This document shows, piece by piece, positions 38,909-48,203 of a stretch of 56,836 nucleotides of DNA. The notes below the pieces were generated by a model that ran no database searches, was not told where the DNA came from, and was given only the letters and a program-made list of their open reading frames with translations. Numbering within the stretch: the first letter of the stretch is position 1; each line of letters begins with the position of its first letter. The position numbers were made by a program, and so were the translations under genes. Origin of the DNA: a virus (taxonomy: Duplodnaviria > Caudoviricetes); the IMG/VR virus record IMGVR_UViG_3300037147_000155, positions 1 to 56,836 of that record; one strand, given 5' to 3'.

Positions 38909-39147
38909 CTAACTGTCTGCACGATGGCATAGTCCCTTCCCTCCTCGACTCCGAACTCTACTGAGTATTCCACCCCTGCCTCATCGAGGGACTGCCTGAT
39001 CAGCGCTAGACGCCGCTGGTATGACTCAGGGCGCGGTTCGACTGCCAGCTCAGGAGCGTGTTCAGAGGTGGCCCACTCGGACAGTTCGGCGAACAGTTGA
39101 AGGCGTTCGGCTGAGGGTTCAAGCCAGATGCGATAGGTGGCCCTCAT
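38905..39147 (-). CDS. Hypothetical protein
   Basis: ATGA coupling with upstream gene. Confidence 0.55.
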   Translation of the reverse strand: MRATYRIWLEPSAERLQLFAELSEWATSEHAPELAVEPRPESYQRRLALIRQSLDEAGVEYSVEFGVEEGRDYAIVQTVS

Positions 39148-39332
39148 TGATTCTGCCCCTGCTGCCAGTTGGTGCCAGCCTCCAGCCTGTGGACCTTAGT
39201 CTGCAGATCGACCACCTGTTGCTGCAACACCTTGATGGCCTGATGCAGCAGCCCATCGCTGTGATTGAGCTGCTCGCAGACCTTGACGAGATCTCGTAGG
39301 GGCTCATTTACTGTTGCGTATCCTTCAGCCAT
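39144..39332 (-). CDS. Small coiled-coil protein
   Basis: Overlaps end of polymerase; heptad pattern. Confidence 0.5.
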   Translation of the reverse strand: MAEGYATVNEPLRDLVKVCEQLNHSDGLLHQAIKVLQQQVVDLQTKVHRLEAGTNWQQGQNQ

Positions 39333-40590
39333 TCCACACCTCCATTCCAGTTGGATTTGAATCAGACCTTGGAGCCCAGTTGCCCCCGACTGCGCTCATG
39401 GATATCTCCGCGCCCACGCTCAGGCCACCCAGCTCGGGGATGGGCATGGTGAATATGCGCTGCAGGGTCGCTGCGGCCGCTGCAGCCTCGCTCTGGGGGA
39501 CATAACTCAACAGGTCGTCATGGACCGGCAGAACGCACCAGGAGGCCAGCGGGGTCTGCCACAGAGCCTCGATGTAGACATCCTGGATCGCCGAGGCCGT
39601 GCTCTGAGGCAGGAACGCTATGGCCCTCTTGGCGTCGTCGCCATTGGGCTCCCACCCTTGAGTCCTGCGATTGTAGTTGAACACATGGAAGAATCTGTGC
39701 CGGAAGCCAAAGGGATTCAGCAGGGAGCGATTAGGCGGGCCAGCCATGGTCAGCACCTGCCTCCACCAGCGCACGATGTCTTGGCCGGGCTCGGACGCCA
39801 AGTACACGTTCTGCAGCCTCCGTGCGTGGGCCACCGACTCGAAATCATCGGGGTACTCCTCGAACATCCGCTCGGGGGTGCCGCGATAGTTACTAAGATG
39901 CACAACTCTTTTAGCTGTCTCGCGGCTGGGCTTGTCGTAACGATGCTTGGCTTCTTGGCAGGCTGTCCTCAATGCTGCATCATCGAGGTGAAGATCAATC
40001 GCCTCATTATGGACCACGCTATTAAACCAGTCGTGAACGCCAGCCTTGGCCAGCGCGATGTATCGAGGGGACTGAGCGAAGTAGCCTACTAGGACTGCCT
40101 CGATCGCTGAGCTGTCACAAGCCATGATGACGTGGCCGGGCGGGGCGATGACCATCCTACGAAACTCGTCTGCGAGAGCCGACCTCTTAGGAATATTTTG
40201 GGCGTTTATGTTCCGGCAGGATTTCCTCCACGTACTCGGATGGTGCCCGATCGTGTAGTGGATGCGATTGTTTGCATCCAACTTCCACTTATAGGTCGAG
40301 ATCATCTTCCAGCGTTCCTTGCACGCGAGTACTTTCGCGAAGACGGGATACTTGCGGGCCGCCTTGAGCAGGAACTTTTTTTCTGTTGAGAGCGCGTTCT
40401 CATCATCGCTGTCTTTACGATGAGGGAGTCGCACGTTGAAGTGAGCCGCCAACGATTGAACTTCTAAATAGCTATCGGGATTGAAGTCGCAGACCTTGAC
40501 ATATTTGTTGGGCAAGGGAGGACGTTTGGCGCGAGGCTTCTTCACTGGGGCGCTGTCCAGCTCAGTCAGCAGGGTATCGATGTCAGACAA
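39325..40590 (-). CDS. polA: Family A DNA polymerase, polymerase domain (split gene, TTG start)
   Basis: NAQNIPKR; motif A DSSAIE; motif B RETAKRVVHLSNY; FLPQST; motif C VHDD. Confidence 0.9.
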   Translation of the reverse strand: MSDIDTLLTELDSAPVKKPRAKRPPLPNKYVKVCDFNPDSYLEVQSLAAHFNVRLPHRKDSDDENALSTEKKFLLKAARKYPVFAKVLACKERWKMISTYKWKLDANNRIHYTIGHHPSTWRKSCRNINAQNIPKRSALADEFRRMVIAPPGHVIMACDSSAIEAVLVGYFAQSPRYIALAKAGVHDWFNSVVHNEAIDLHLDDAALRTACQEAKHRYDKPSRETAKRVVHLSNYRGTPERMFEEYPDDFESVAHARRLQNVYLASEPGQDIVRWWRQVLTMAGPPNRSLLNPFGFRHRFFHVFNYNRRTQGWEPNGDDAKRAIAFLPQSTASAIQDVYIEALWQTPLASWCVLPVHDDLLSYVPQSEAAAAAATLQRIFTMPIPELGGLSVGAEISMSAVGGNWAPRSDSNPTGMEVWNG

Positions 40591-41938
40591 TCTCAGTCAC
40601 CCCAGTGAGATCCTTAGGAGCGCGCTTCCAGTATTTGCGCTTCTTGATGCTGTCGGGGACTAGTTGTTGAAGGTCAGCGTTCGCAGCTTCCCACTCTTGG
40701 TCCAGGCGATCCATGAATGCAGCCTGATAGACTGGATCCACAAGGAGTCCTCGTTCGCCCATCACTCGCAGCGGTTCATCCATGCGGATGCAGTGGCGTT
40801 CGAAGGCGGCCCAGCGGGATTGGGCAATGAGGGTGTCGCGGGTGCCGCAGTAAACATCCATCGTCACCGCGTTGTCCATGGCGTTGTAGAAGGCGGGTCG
40901 GGCGGCTGACTGGGACTTCCAAGGAGGGCCTGCGTAATAGAAGGGGGCCACTGCGCCAAGGCCCTTGCGGAGGTCGCTCTCCAGGAAGTGCCATGCCCAC
41001 ATTGAGGACACGATGCGCGCAGGGAGGCGCAACCCAGCGTGACGCAAACGCCTACTATCGAAGTTATTATCGGCATGTTCTATCACCTCCTCACTGAGGT
41101 CGAGGGCCTCCTGCAGCAGGCCAATGTAGGGTGGCTGCCAGGGGAAGGTCACCGCGCTGCCCCGCCGCACGCTGAAGCCTGCCCTTACGATGGTCCACGA
41201 TGCCCCCTCCTGTTCGATCTCCTCCTCGTCCAGGCGATCAGACTCTGGAGTCTCAATGTCGACCACGAGAGTAGGGATACGGCCGCCATGTTCACCGTGA
41301 ATGCTTTGGCCGCTTCGTATGTAATCGCGGACGCGATCCGGTGGCGGATCAAGTAAGAGATCATATTTGCTCTCCTGATAAGTACCTTGAGCAATCGAGC
41401 GGGCCCTGTTCAGCGCAAACACCGCCGACGCGTTCAACTTTTGCTGCCCCCGTTGGATGAAGGCTGGATGAAAAGTTGGAACGGCAGGGATTCCGTACGG
41501 CGTTGCCATGACATAACCCGCGTGGGACTCGATGCCCGATACCCCACATATTCGTCGTAGCGCAACGTTGCCCATTGGCACGATGACCTTAGGCTGGGCT
41601 CGCTCGATGAGTCCATCAAGATTAGGCCTACAATGGGTGATCGCGGCTTCGGCATCTCTGAACCTCTCCGGGAAATCCATCCATTTGAGTCGCAGTGGCT
41701 TACACCAGATGGTGTTGGAGGTCATCACATTCGACCTCTCGATGCCAACCAGGCTCAGCATGCGGTTATAGGTGAAGCCAGCGGCCCCGGCGAAGTTGCG
41801 GCCTGCGGCCATTTCCTCCATCCATGGGGAGTCGCCGACCAGCAAAACTCCTGAGTCACCAGAGCCGTCAGGTTCGATAAACCTCTGACCAAGTTCTCTG
41901 TGAGGACACGTTCCACAATGAGGGCCACTTGGAATCAC
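40583..41938 (-). CDS. Family-4-like uracil-DNA glycosylase fused to 3'-5' exonuclease (N-terminal part of split polymerase)
   Basis: CxxC, LLVGDSPW..E...GRNFAGAAG, PKVIVPMGNVA, PTFHPA; exonuclease VDIET, NFD, YNAMD; GTG start coupled to HNH stop. Confidence 0.85.
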   Translation of the reverse strand: MIPSGPHCGTCPHRELGQRFIEPDGSGDSGVLLVGDSPWMEEMAAGRNFAGAAGFTYNRMLSLVGIERSNVMTSNTIWCKPLRLKWMDFPERFRDAEAAITHCRPNLDGLIERAQPKVIVPMGNVALRRICGVSGIESHAGYVMATPYGIPAVPTFHPAFIQRGQQKLNASAVFALNRARSIAQGTYQESKYDLLLDPPPDRVRDYIRSGQSIHGEHGGRIPTLVVDIETPESDRLDEEEIEQEGASWTIVRAGFSVRRGSAVTFPWQPPYIGLLQEALDLSEEVIEHADNNFDSRRLRHAGLRLPARIVSSMWAWHFLESDLRKGLGAVAPFYYAGPPWKSQSAARPAFYNAMDNAVTMDVYCGTRDTLIAQSRWAAFERHCIRMDEPLRVMGERGLLVDPVYQAAFMDRLDQEWEAANADLQQLVPDSIKKRKYWKRAPKDLTGVTEIV

Positions 41939-42384
41939 TTGAGGCCCCCATGAGGGCAGTACCCATAGAATCCCAGAGACATATTGCAGTTGTGGCACAA
42001 CACACGAAATCCTCCCCGCTTTTCACGAAGCAGCCGTCCAACATATCCAGCTCCACTAGCTACAGACTTTCTATGTTGCTTTCCCCCACCATTAACGTGA
42101 TCGATAGCCATGAACTCAAAAGTGGCCTCACCACAGCAGGCGCACTTGCCGCCATACATCTCGATCATCTTTTTTCGATTAGACTGCCGCAATTTAGACA
42201 GCTTGCTAAGGTGAGCAACGTACTTAATAGGGTCATTGCGGATAGATAGGTAATACTGGCTCTTTTTAGCCTTACCCGCAACGCTACGACTCCATTTTAG
42301 CTTGTGAGCGTTCAATCGGAAGTGATTCTCTCGATAGTACTTCTTCGACCATGCACGCCTCTTCTCTGGAGTGTTATGGGGCAT
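41935..42384 (-). mobile_element. HNH homing endonuclease (same type as 11719)
   Basis: YGGKCACCGE...AIDHVNGGG...VLCHNCN...CPH. Confidence 0.85.
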
Positions 42385-42441
42385 TAGAAGGGCATCTCCT
42401 CGCCAGGCTCATCCTCATCGCGCTCGGGGTTAGGTGCCTGC

Positions 42442-43521
42442 TCAACTGCTGGATTGCTGAACCCAGGTCTCCCTGACTATGATCGTGCCATCGGGGTTGG
42501 GGACTGGATCGATAGTTCGCTCGGGGAGGCCAGTCGTCCACAGGCTGCGACGGATATACTCGTCCCAGGTACGCTGTGGCGGCTCCACAACGTCCCTGAT
42601 CGTGCCGTCGAGAGGATTGAGTATTCGCAGGGGTGGGAGCTCCTGAAGTTGTGGGGCGTCTTCTGCCCCAGGCACTCCAATATTGGTCAGCCTGACCTGA
42701 TTGCGAGGATTGTCAGCCATCGCTGCCTCGTAGGCGGTCCAGTTGAGTGCGACAGTCTCCGGATTGACGTTGACGTATTGCAGGATTGGTTGGGCAGCCA
42801 ACTCGGCAGCGGTCCAACCACGCTCCGCGGGTGGCATGGGGGCCTGCCACACTTCCTGATTAGTCTCAATAGGGATAGGAGCGCCAACCATTCCCGCAGT
42901 CATTGCAGGACGGCCCCAAATGTCGCGCACGGCATAAGTCGCATTGGTGGCAGTTTGCTGTACATTGTCCCGCTGTCTGGCTGCGAGATACTCTCGCGTA
43001 GGAGTATCGTCCCATGGATAGGGTCCACCAAGCGTGGGCATGGGGACGAACCGTGCCCAGTCCACTTGATCCTGCTCACGGATCATCTCGTTCCGCACCA
43101 TGGTGATACACTCTGCGATACCCCAATCTAGATGCGCCCTCTGCATGCTGACGACACGATTACGGAAGCCCGCAGTGCGGTCAGGGTTGGGAAGCGGTCG
43201 CGTCGTCGGCGCTGTGGGGGGCCCTGCGGTTGCAGGGATTGAGGAGGCTTCCTGATCATCCATATCCTGCCTGATGCCCACCACTGCACCCCGGCCGAAT
43301 CGACCCTCAATGGCTGCATATAACCGATTACGCCAATTTAAGGCGACCTCTGCAGGATCAGCGGGGACAGGAGGGCGCTGGCCACCCTCCTCAGCAATCT
43401 CAGCCAACCGCTCCAGCGCGTCGGCAATGCGATTGGCCGCGGTCAGCAGGGGCTCTAGGTCGACCGACTCATCGACCTGTGCGTTCTGCCATATCTCGCT
43501 GACTGCCTTGGTGATGTTCAC
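42442..43521 (-). CDS. Hypothetical protein (possibly frameshifted near the 3' end)
   Basis: AGGAGG RBS; NRIADALERLA motif; acidic ...EEMPF tail lies in another frame. Confidence 0.6.
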   Translation of the reverse strand: MNITKAVSEIWQNAQVDESVDLEPLLTAANRIADALERLAEIAEEGGQRPPVPADPAEVALNWRNRLYAAIEGRFGRGAVVGIRQDMDDQEASSIPATAGPPTAPTTRPLPNPDRTAGFRNRVVSMQRAHLDWGIAECITMVRNEMIREQDQVDWARFVPMPTLGGPYPWDDTPTREYLAARQRDNVQQTATNATYAVRDIWGRPAMTAGMVGAPIPIETNQEVWQAPMPPAERGWTAAELAAQPILQYVNVNPETVALNWTAYEAAMADNPRNQVRLTNIGVPGAEDAPQLQELPPLRILNPLDGTIRDVVEPPQRTWDEYIRRSLWTTGLPERTIDPVPNPDGTIIVRETWVQQSSS

Positions 43522-43533
43522 GATCGTGGCCTC

Positions 43534-43770
43534 CTAGTTGAGTTCCGAACTTTGCGGTGGGGACTGTTCGTGAGGCGCTTTCTGCCTCCTGACATCCCCA
43601 TACATGGCCAAACTCCCTTCCTCCCCTGCATCCTCGGGCAGCATCCCATGGACAACCGCTCCGATCTCGGTGCCCATCCGCGTGGCCACCTGCTCCTTGG
43701 ACTCCCCCTCCACCGTGGCTGTGATCTCGACGTAGAGGTGAACGAGGAAGCGATGGAGGATAGCCGTCAC
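43534..43770 (-). CDS. Hypothetical protein
   Basis: GTGA coupling with upstream gene. Confidence 0.5.
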   Translation of the reverse strand: MTAILHRFLVHLYVEITATVEGESKEQVATRMGTEIGAVVHGMLPEDAGEEGSLAMYGDVRRQKAPHEQSPPQSSELN

Positions 43771-44252
43771 TTGGACTCCTCACTGGCGAAGCCAGTCCAG
43801 GTACGGTTCAGGCCAAAATTCAGCCAGTCGCGATATCCAAATCGCAGCGCCTCATCCATGGCGGCCTCCTTGGACCAGTCACAGCTGACCACGCGGTAGG
43901 CGGCTACCACGAGCCCTGTGCGATCCTGACCGTGCTGACAGTGGACCAGCGCTGGCTTGGGAGCCTGAGCGATCGTCTCCAGGATCACTTCGAGCGCGCC
44001 CTGGGTGATGCCGATGGCATAAATCTGCCATGCTGAGATCGGCCTGGAGATGACGCCGGTTGGCTCCAGCTCAACCGCCTCCCGCTCGTCCTCGGCGAGG
44101 CCCTCTAAGCTGATCACTGACCTAAATTGTGCTCGGATGGCCGCGAATGCTGCCTCACCGGCTGGCCTGGCGCTACGCCATAGGTCATCGGTTACGCGGG
44201 TGAATGGAGTCGGAGCTGCCAAAGGACCCTCCACCTGAGGGACTTGGACCAT
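43767..44252 (-). CDS. Cys-based tyrosine/dual-specificity phosphatase
   Basis: LWRSARP, VISL, VHCQHGQDRTG (CX5R), W....A..EA. Confidence 0.9.
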   Translation of the reverse strand: MVQVPQVEGPLAAPTPFTRVTDDLWRSARPAGEAAFAAIRAQFRSVISLEGLAEDEREAVELEPTGVISRPISAWQIYAIGITQGALEVILETIAQAPKPALVHCQHGQDRTGLVVAAYRVVSCDWSKEAAMDEALRFGYRDWLNFGLNRTWTGFASEESK

Positions 44253-44253
44253 T

Positions 44254-44622
44254 TTATGTCTCCTTGGGAGCCGCTCTCCATTTCCCCGGTTTCGCAGGTT
44301 CAATTCCTGATTTCAGGATGTAATGACAAGCGGCGCATGTAATCCAACCTTCGTCCTTCATCGACACTTCAAATGAGGTACCCTCGCCACATCGGGGACA
44401 GGGATATGAACAACTGTTAATGACCAAAAACTGACGGAACGTAAGCTGATTCGTAGGAGTGGGCGCTATGTTCCCGCCTGCCATCGCCCACCACTCCGCG
44501 AATTCAACAAACAGATGGATGTTGGAATAGGTTCGCCAATCCCTGCCAGTTTCCTCGCAAAACGACTGCCATTGTCCCTGCTCGCTTACGTCCTCTGGCT
44601 TGCTCGCTCGCTCATCGGTCAT
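44254..44622 (-). CDS. Zn-ribbon hypothetical protein
   Basis: CPRCG...CAAC; AAGGAG RBS. Confidence 0.5.
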   Translation of the reverse strand: MTDERASKPEDVSEQGQWQSFCEETGRDWRTYSNIHLFVEFAEWWAMAGGNIAPTPTNQLTFRQFLVINSCSYPCPRCGEGTSFEVSMKDEGWITCAACHYILKSGIEPAKPGKWRAAPKET

Positions 44623-45032
44623 CGAATGGCTCCTTGGCTGAGGGCGAGGCAATGAAATTTGCCATCAGCGGCTGGCAGCATAAAGTAGACTGATTTTGGC
44701 TCGGGGCACTCCATATGATGAACCTTCACTGGCCCCTTGGAATTGTCAGGACATCCGCCCTCTGGGTACATTTCGCACAATCCTCCCCTCATTATGGCCG
44801 GACAGCATGACATCACGGTCTCATCCCATTCCTTCGGAGCCATATCGAAGGGCGGCATGGACGCATGATCGAGCTGCACTCGATTCACGTGTCCTGTTAC
44901 GGGCTTGGGCAACTCTACGCATCCACTGTCAGTTAGCAGACAGGAATATGTGCCGCTGTCCTGCGCTTCCACCTTCGTCAAGTGGCCGCAGCCGCACAGC
45001 GTAAGCAAGAGAATGGTGGCTAGGGGCCTCAT
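44619..45032 (-). CDS. Cys-rich exported protein or lipoprotein
   Basis: GAGGTG RBS; MRPLATILLLTLCG-C lipobox-like; several Cys. Confidence 0.55.
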   Translation of the reverse strand: MRPLATILLLTLCGCGHLTKVEAQDSGTYSCLLTDSGCVELPKPVTGHVNRVQLDHASMPPFDMAPKEWDETVMSCCPAIMRGGLCEMYPEGGCPDNSKGPVKVHHMECPEPKSVYFMLPAADGKFHCLALSQGAIR

Positions 45033-45151
45033 GGTCACCTCAATTGTATATATCCTGCAATCGAACCTCGACGTGGATCTGACGCTGGACTTCCATTTAT
45101 TCCCCCTCTCGTTGGGGTAGGGCAAGGCTTCGGGCTAAGGCCCAAAGACTA

Positions 45152-45568
45152 CTATACCGCTGACTTCCTTGCTTGATAACGATCCCGGCTTTCTGTTAGA
45201 AGTCGCTCTCTATGACGCATGTACCATTTATGCTTCTTCTGTCTTAACAACTCAGTATGCCGAGACGGCTGGGCATTGCGGCAGGTAACACACTCTCTGG
45301 TACCGTTGGGTCGTTCGTATAGATTAGGCCCTTCTAGCTTGTGTCCCTTACCGCAATGATGTACGTCGATGATCCGCAACGCCGCATGAAGTGATTGATG
45401 CTCATGCTTCGTCAGCAGTTGAAGGTTCGATGGGTCGTTGTTGGTCGGGTCGCCGTCGACGTGATGCACTACTTCGTAGCGACTGTCCAACTTACGACCC
45501 ACCAATCGTCTAACAATACCGCGAGCCCGATGGCGACTTGCGGAATGCTTCTTACTGAACTCCCTCAT
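45152..45568 (-). mobile_element. HNH homing endonuclease
   Basis: VVHHVDGDPTNNDPSNLQLL...H; HCGKGH...RECVTC. Confidence 0.85.
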
Positions 45569-45570
45569 TT

Positions 45571-46182
45571 CTACACTCCATTACTGCTAGGCAATTTGAA
45601 GGAGATTATCCGCTCCTTTCCATAAGCTGAGTCTCCAGATTCAGGAAAGGTCACAGTTTGTGTGTAGCGGCCATCGGCTCCCTTTGGCCATGCGATATCC
45701 ACCTTGCCATTCTTGCGAGCCTTCTTTCGTGGATTGGTCGAGGCAGTTTCTCCGGTGTCTCGTGAAAAGGCCTCCCATCCGATCACCGCCTCCCCCCTGG
45801 CCCTGCCATCAGCGGCCTGCAGCGCTGCCACGATGGATCGATTGTTGGCTGCGTCCGCCTTGATGCCCAGGCAGCGAAGTAACTCTGCCCCGTCGCTGTT
45901 GGCCATCTTGGGGTGCTTATAGAAGGAGGCTCGCAGAAATTTCACCCTCACCCCCTCGGGCTTCTCTGCGGTGGCTATCTCGGCTTCGAAGGTGACGTTA
46001 AGGTATGGCCTCCCTTCGACCACCATCTTATCGAACGGCTCCGCTGCGAGGTGGAAGATGAATGGATGCCTGCCTGGATATACCTGCGGCGGAAAGCTCC
46101 CCGACTCTGGGGCGTCGTAATTTATCTCAACCTCGGGCTCCGCGTCCAGGGTGGACAACAATGTCTCTAGATCGTCAGCCAC
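45571..46182 (-). CDS. Putative single-stranded DNA-binding protein
   Basis: Downstream of Sak4-like ATPase and exonuclease; beta-rich PGRH.F...YLNVTFE pattern; mostly positional. Confidence 0.5.
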   Translation of the reverse strand: MADDLETLLSTLDAEPEVEINYDAPESGSFPPQVYPGRHPFIFHLAAEPFDKMVVEGRPYLNVTFEAEIATAEKPEGVRVKFLRASFYKHPKMANSDGAELLRCLGIKADAANNRSIVAALQAADGRARGEAVIGWEAFSRDTGETASTNPRKKARKNGKVDIAWPKGADGRYTQTVTFPESGDSAYGKERIISFKLPSSNGV

Positions 46183-46400
46183 TATTTCACCTCCTTCTGA
46201 AAGTATGGATTATTGGCCATGGCCTTCTTGGCGAAGAACGATGCCTCCTCCAGCTTGGTGCGGACCAGCGACATCTCCCTGCTGGGGCTGGGATTGATGG
46301 CTACGATCTCATCCAGCAAGGTACTGAAGACAGTCGCCAGCTGTTGAGCCTTCTTGATCCCCTCATCGTTGAGCAAATGGACCTGAAACTCTGCGTTCAT
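46182..46400 (-). CDS. Acb2/Tad1-like helical hairpin protein (candidate immune-signal sponge)
   Basis: SREMSLVRTKLEEASFFAKKAMA resembles the Tad1/Acb2-type SRE.....T..EEA..W helix. Confidence 0.65.
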   Translation of the reverse strand: MNAEFQVHLLNDEGIKKAQQLATVFSTLLDEIVAINPSPSREMSLVRTKLEEASFFAKKAMANNPYFQKEVK

Positions 46401-46615
46401 TATGCGACCTCCTGTGTCTGAGTCGCAGGCGTGAATGTAGATGCAGGCTTAGTGCTGCGCTGCGCTTTGACTCTCTTGGCAACGGACTTACTGGGGGTGT
46501 AGAACCGCTCCCTGACCACATCCTGCACCAGCTGATAGACTGCCTTCACCTCTCCTGAATCGCCTGACCTGAAGAACTCCAGTATCGCTCCAGCCCTACT
46601 TCGCCGTCGTGGCAC
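46400..46615 (-). CDS. Small basic hypothetical protein
   Basis: AAGGAGG RBS; TAATG coupling. Confidence 0.55.
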   Translation of the reverse strand: MPRRRSRAGAILEFFRSGDSGEVKAVYQLVQDVVRERFYTPSKSVAKRVKAQRSTKPASTFTPATQTQEVA

Positions 46616-47531
46616 TGATTGCCTCCTTTGGGGCCGCGGCCCCCTTCATTGATTCGAGTAAATCATACAGTTTTCCTAAGTCAGGTGGGTCCATATATGG
46701 CTGTCCACCCATGGCCTTGCTAAACTCCCCCGCCTTGTCGAATGGTACTCTGACCTTGGCTGGGAATGGAATCTTAGCGATGACATCCGCGTGTGGTTGA
46801 ATATACATCACCCTACGCTGGAGATGATTAATCTGCTTAGTAGCGGGGTCTGCTACCTCAGTCACCAACATTTCTAAGTGGATCATATTGCCGAACCACT
46901 GACCTGCCTTGCCGGTAGACTTCTTGCCTACGATCGATGGGCCATAGGTGGGCGATTTCGTCCCCTCCTCCTCGCCGCGGCCCTCCAGGGCGGTCCAGAT
47001 CACTCGCTCGACTGGCAGCATGGACGACTTCACAACGAAATCGTAGATGCGATTTTGGATCTCGCCATAGTAGCTCATGTTGGTGCCGGAGAATTCTGTC
47101 TTCCCGTCAACGTAGGTATATGCCGGATCCTGACTCAAGCGCTTCTTGGTGTGGCTTAGGTGCCGCATCATGATATCCCCGAACGAGGTTAGGCCCTCGA
47201 ACACATATAGGCCGATGTCTTGACCACCTGCGGACGGAGCGCCTGGCGACACCAAGAATCCCTTATCGTCGGGCCAATACCCCTGTGCTACCTTATCGAG
47301 TGTCTCAATGGGGTATGGGTCATTCGCCACCACGAACGGTATCACGATCCCCTCATCGACCAGGCTGCCCATGGTATCGAATCCACCGGTGTCGCCTGCC
47401 ACGAGGCGGGTCCGCTTGCCGAACTTGTCCCACATCCTTCGGGCCGCGATGGCGCATTGATGAGTTTTACCGCAACCCGTGTTTCCGTATAGGGCGTCGG
47501 CCACAAACCTTGCTCTGGGCTGAAGGGTCAT
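46596..47531 (-). CDS. Sak4-like AAA ATPase (single-strand annealing recombinase)
   Basis: LYGNTGCGKT Walker A; YVFEGLTS Walker B; GPSIVGK; GGGAGG RBS. Confidence 0.75.
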   Translation of the reverse strand: MTLQPRARFVADALYGNTGCGKTHQCAIAARRMWDKFGKRTRLVAGDTGGFDTMGSLVDEGIVIPFVVANDPYPIETLDKVAQGYWPDDKGFLVSPGAPSAGGQDIGLYVFEGLTSFGDIMMRHLSHTKKRLSQDPAYTYVDGKTEFSGTNMSYYGEIQNRIYDFVVKSSMLPVERVIWTALEGRGEEEGTKSPTYGPSIVGKKSTGKAGQWFGNMIHLEMLVTEVADPATKQINHLQRRVMYIQPHADVIAKIPFPAKVRVPFDKAGEFSKAMGGQPYMDPPDLGKLYDLLESMKGAAAPKEAISATTAK

Positions 47532-47571
47532 CGGCTGTCCTCCCTTGCTGACCGCTTTGTGGTCAGGGTCA

Positions 47572-48054
47572 TTAATCACGCTCCTTATCGGAGCCCAACA
47601 CTGCGCGGACATTCTTAGTGAACACATGCGTCTTCAGAGGCCTACCTGTGCCGCGATCCCTAACTCTGCCGCCTGGCCTGCCTGATGCGATCTTCTGACA
47701 CGCAGACGGATGCTTCAACGTATACCTGCCAGGCTCAAAAGTGGCCCCGCGATCGAACGACACCACTTCCCTGCTCAAGTGCTCGGGGACCATGAGCCTG
47801 GTGGCAACATTCCCCTTGATGAGGTATGCGGTCGAGGTGGCAATGATGACTCCATCGAGGTGCATGGCTCGTTTGCAGGCCACCGCCATGGCGCACCCCG
47901 CGTGCTTCTTGCGCTCGCTCGTGCTCACGTCCCTGCGAGTGACCTCAACCACCGCATCCTCGCTGGCATCCTCTACACTCTCCACGTTGGGAAAATACAT
48001 CCTCACGCGAGTCAATGCATTGGTGGTACCGACCTTCCTTGCTCTGCTGCTCAT
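47572..48054 (-). CDS. Hypothetical protein
   Basis: GAGGAGGG RBS; CAMAVAC and FD motifs. Confidence 0.6.
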   Translation of the reverse strand: MSSRARKVGTTNALTRVRMYFPNVESVEDASEDAVVEVTRRDVSTSERKKHAGCAMAVACKRAMHLDGVIIATSTAYLIKGNVATRLMVPEHLSREVVSFDRGATFEPGRYTLKHPSACQKIASGRPGGRVRDRGTGRPLKTHVFTKNVRAVLGSDKERD

Positions 48055-48203
48055 GCTACCCTCCTCAGGCGATCCTCAACACTTCGCACATCGACGATCC
48101 ACTGCCTGCCCTTCTTGCGTCCCTTGACCACTCCCTGCCGGAGTAGCCGATATAGATAGTTTAGATCGATACTTAGCCTATTTGCCGCTTCTACGGGAGT
48201 CAC
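48051..48203 (-). CDS. Excisionase-like HTH protein (50 aa, MTPVEAANRLSIDLNYLYRLLRQG..KG.K.GRQWIV), not in ORF track
   Basis: Hand-translated; AGGAG RBS; 4-bp overlaps at both ends. Confidence 0.7.
   Translation of the reverse strand: MTPVEAANRLSIDLNYLYRLLRQGVVKGRKKGRQWIVDVRSVEDRLRRVA

Noticed and set aside
40583-41938. UDG domain as evidence of a modified-base genome
   Set aside because: No nucleotide-modification genes recognised in the window
48051-48203. Excisionase implying a temperate lifestyle
   Set aside because: No integrase, att site or CI-like repressor recognised; such HTH proteins also occur in lytic phages
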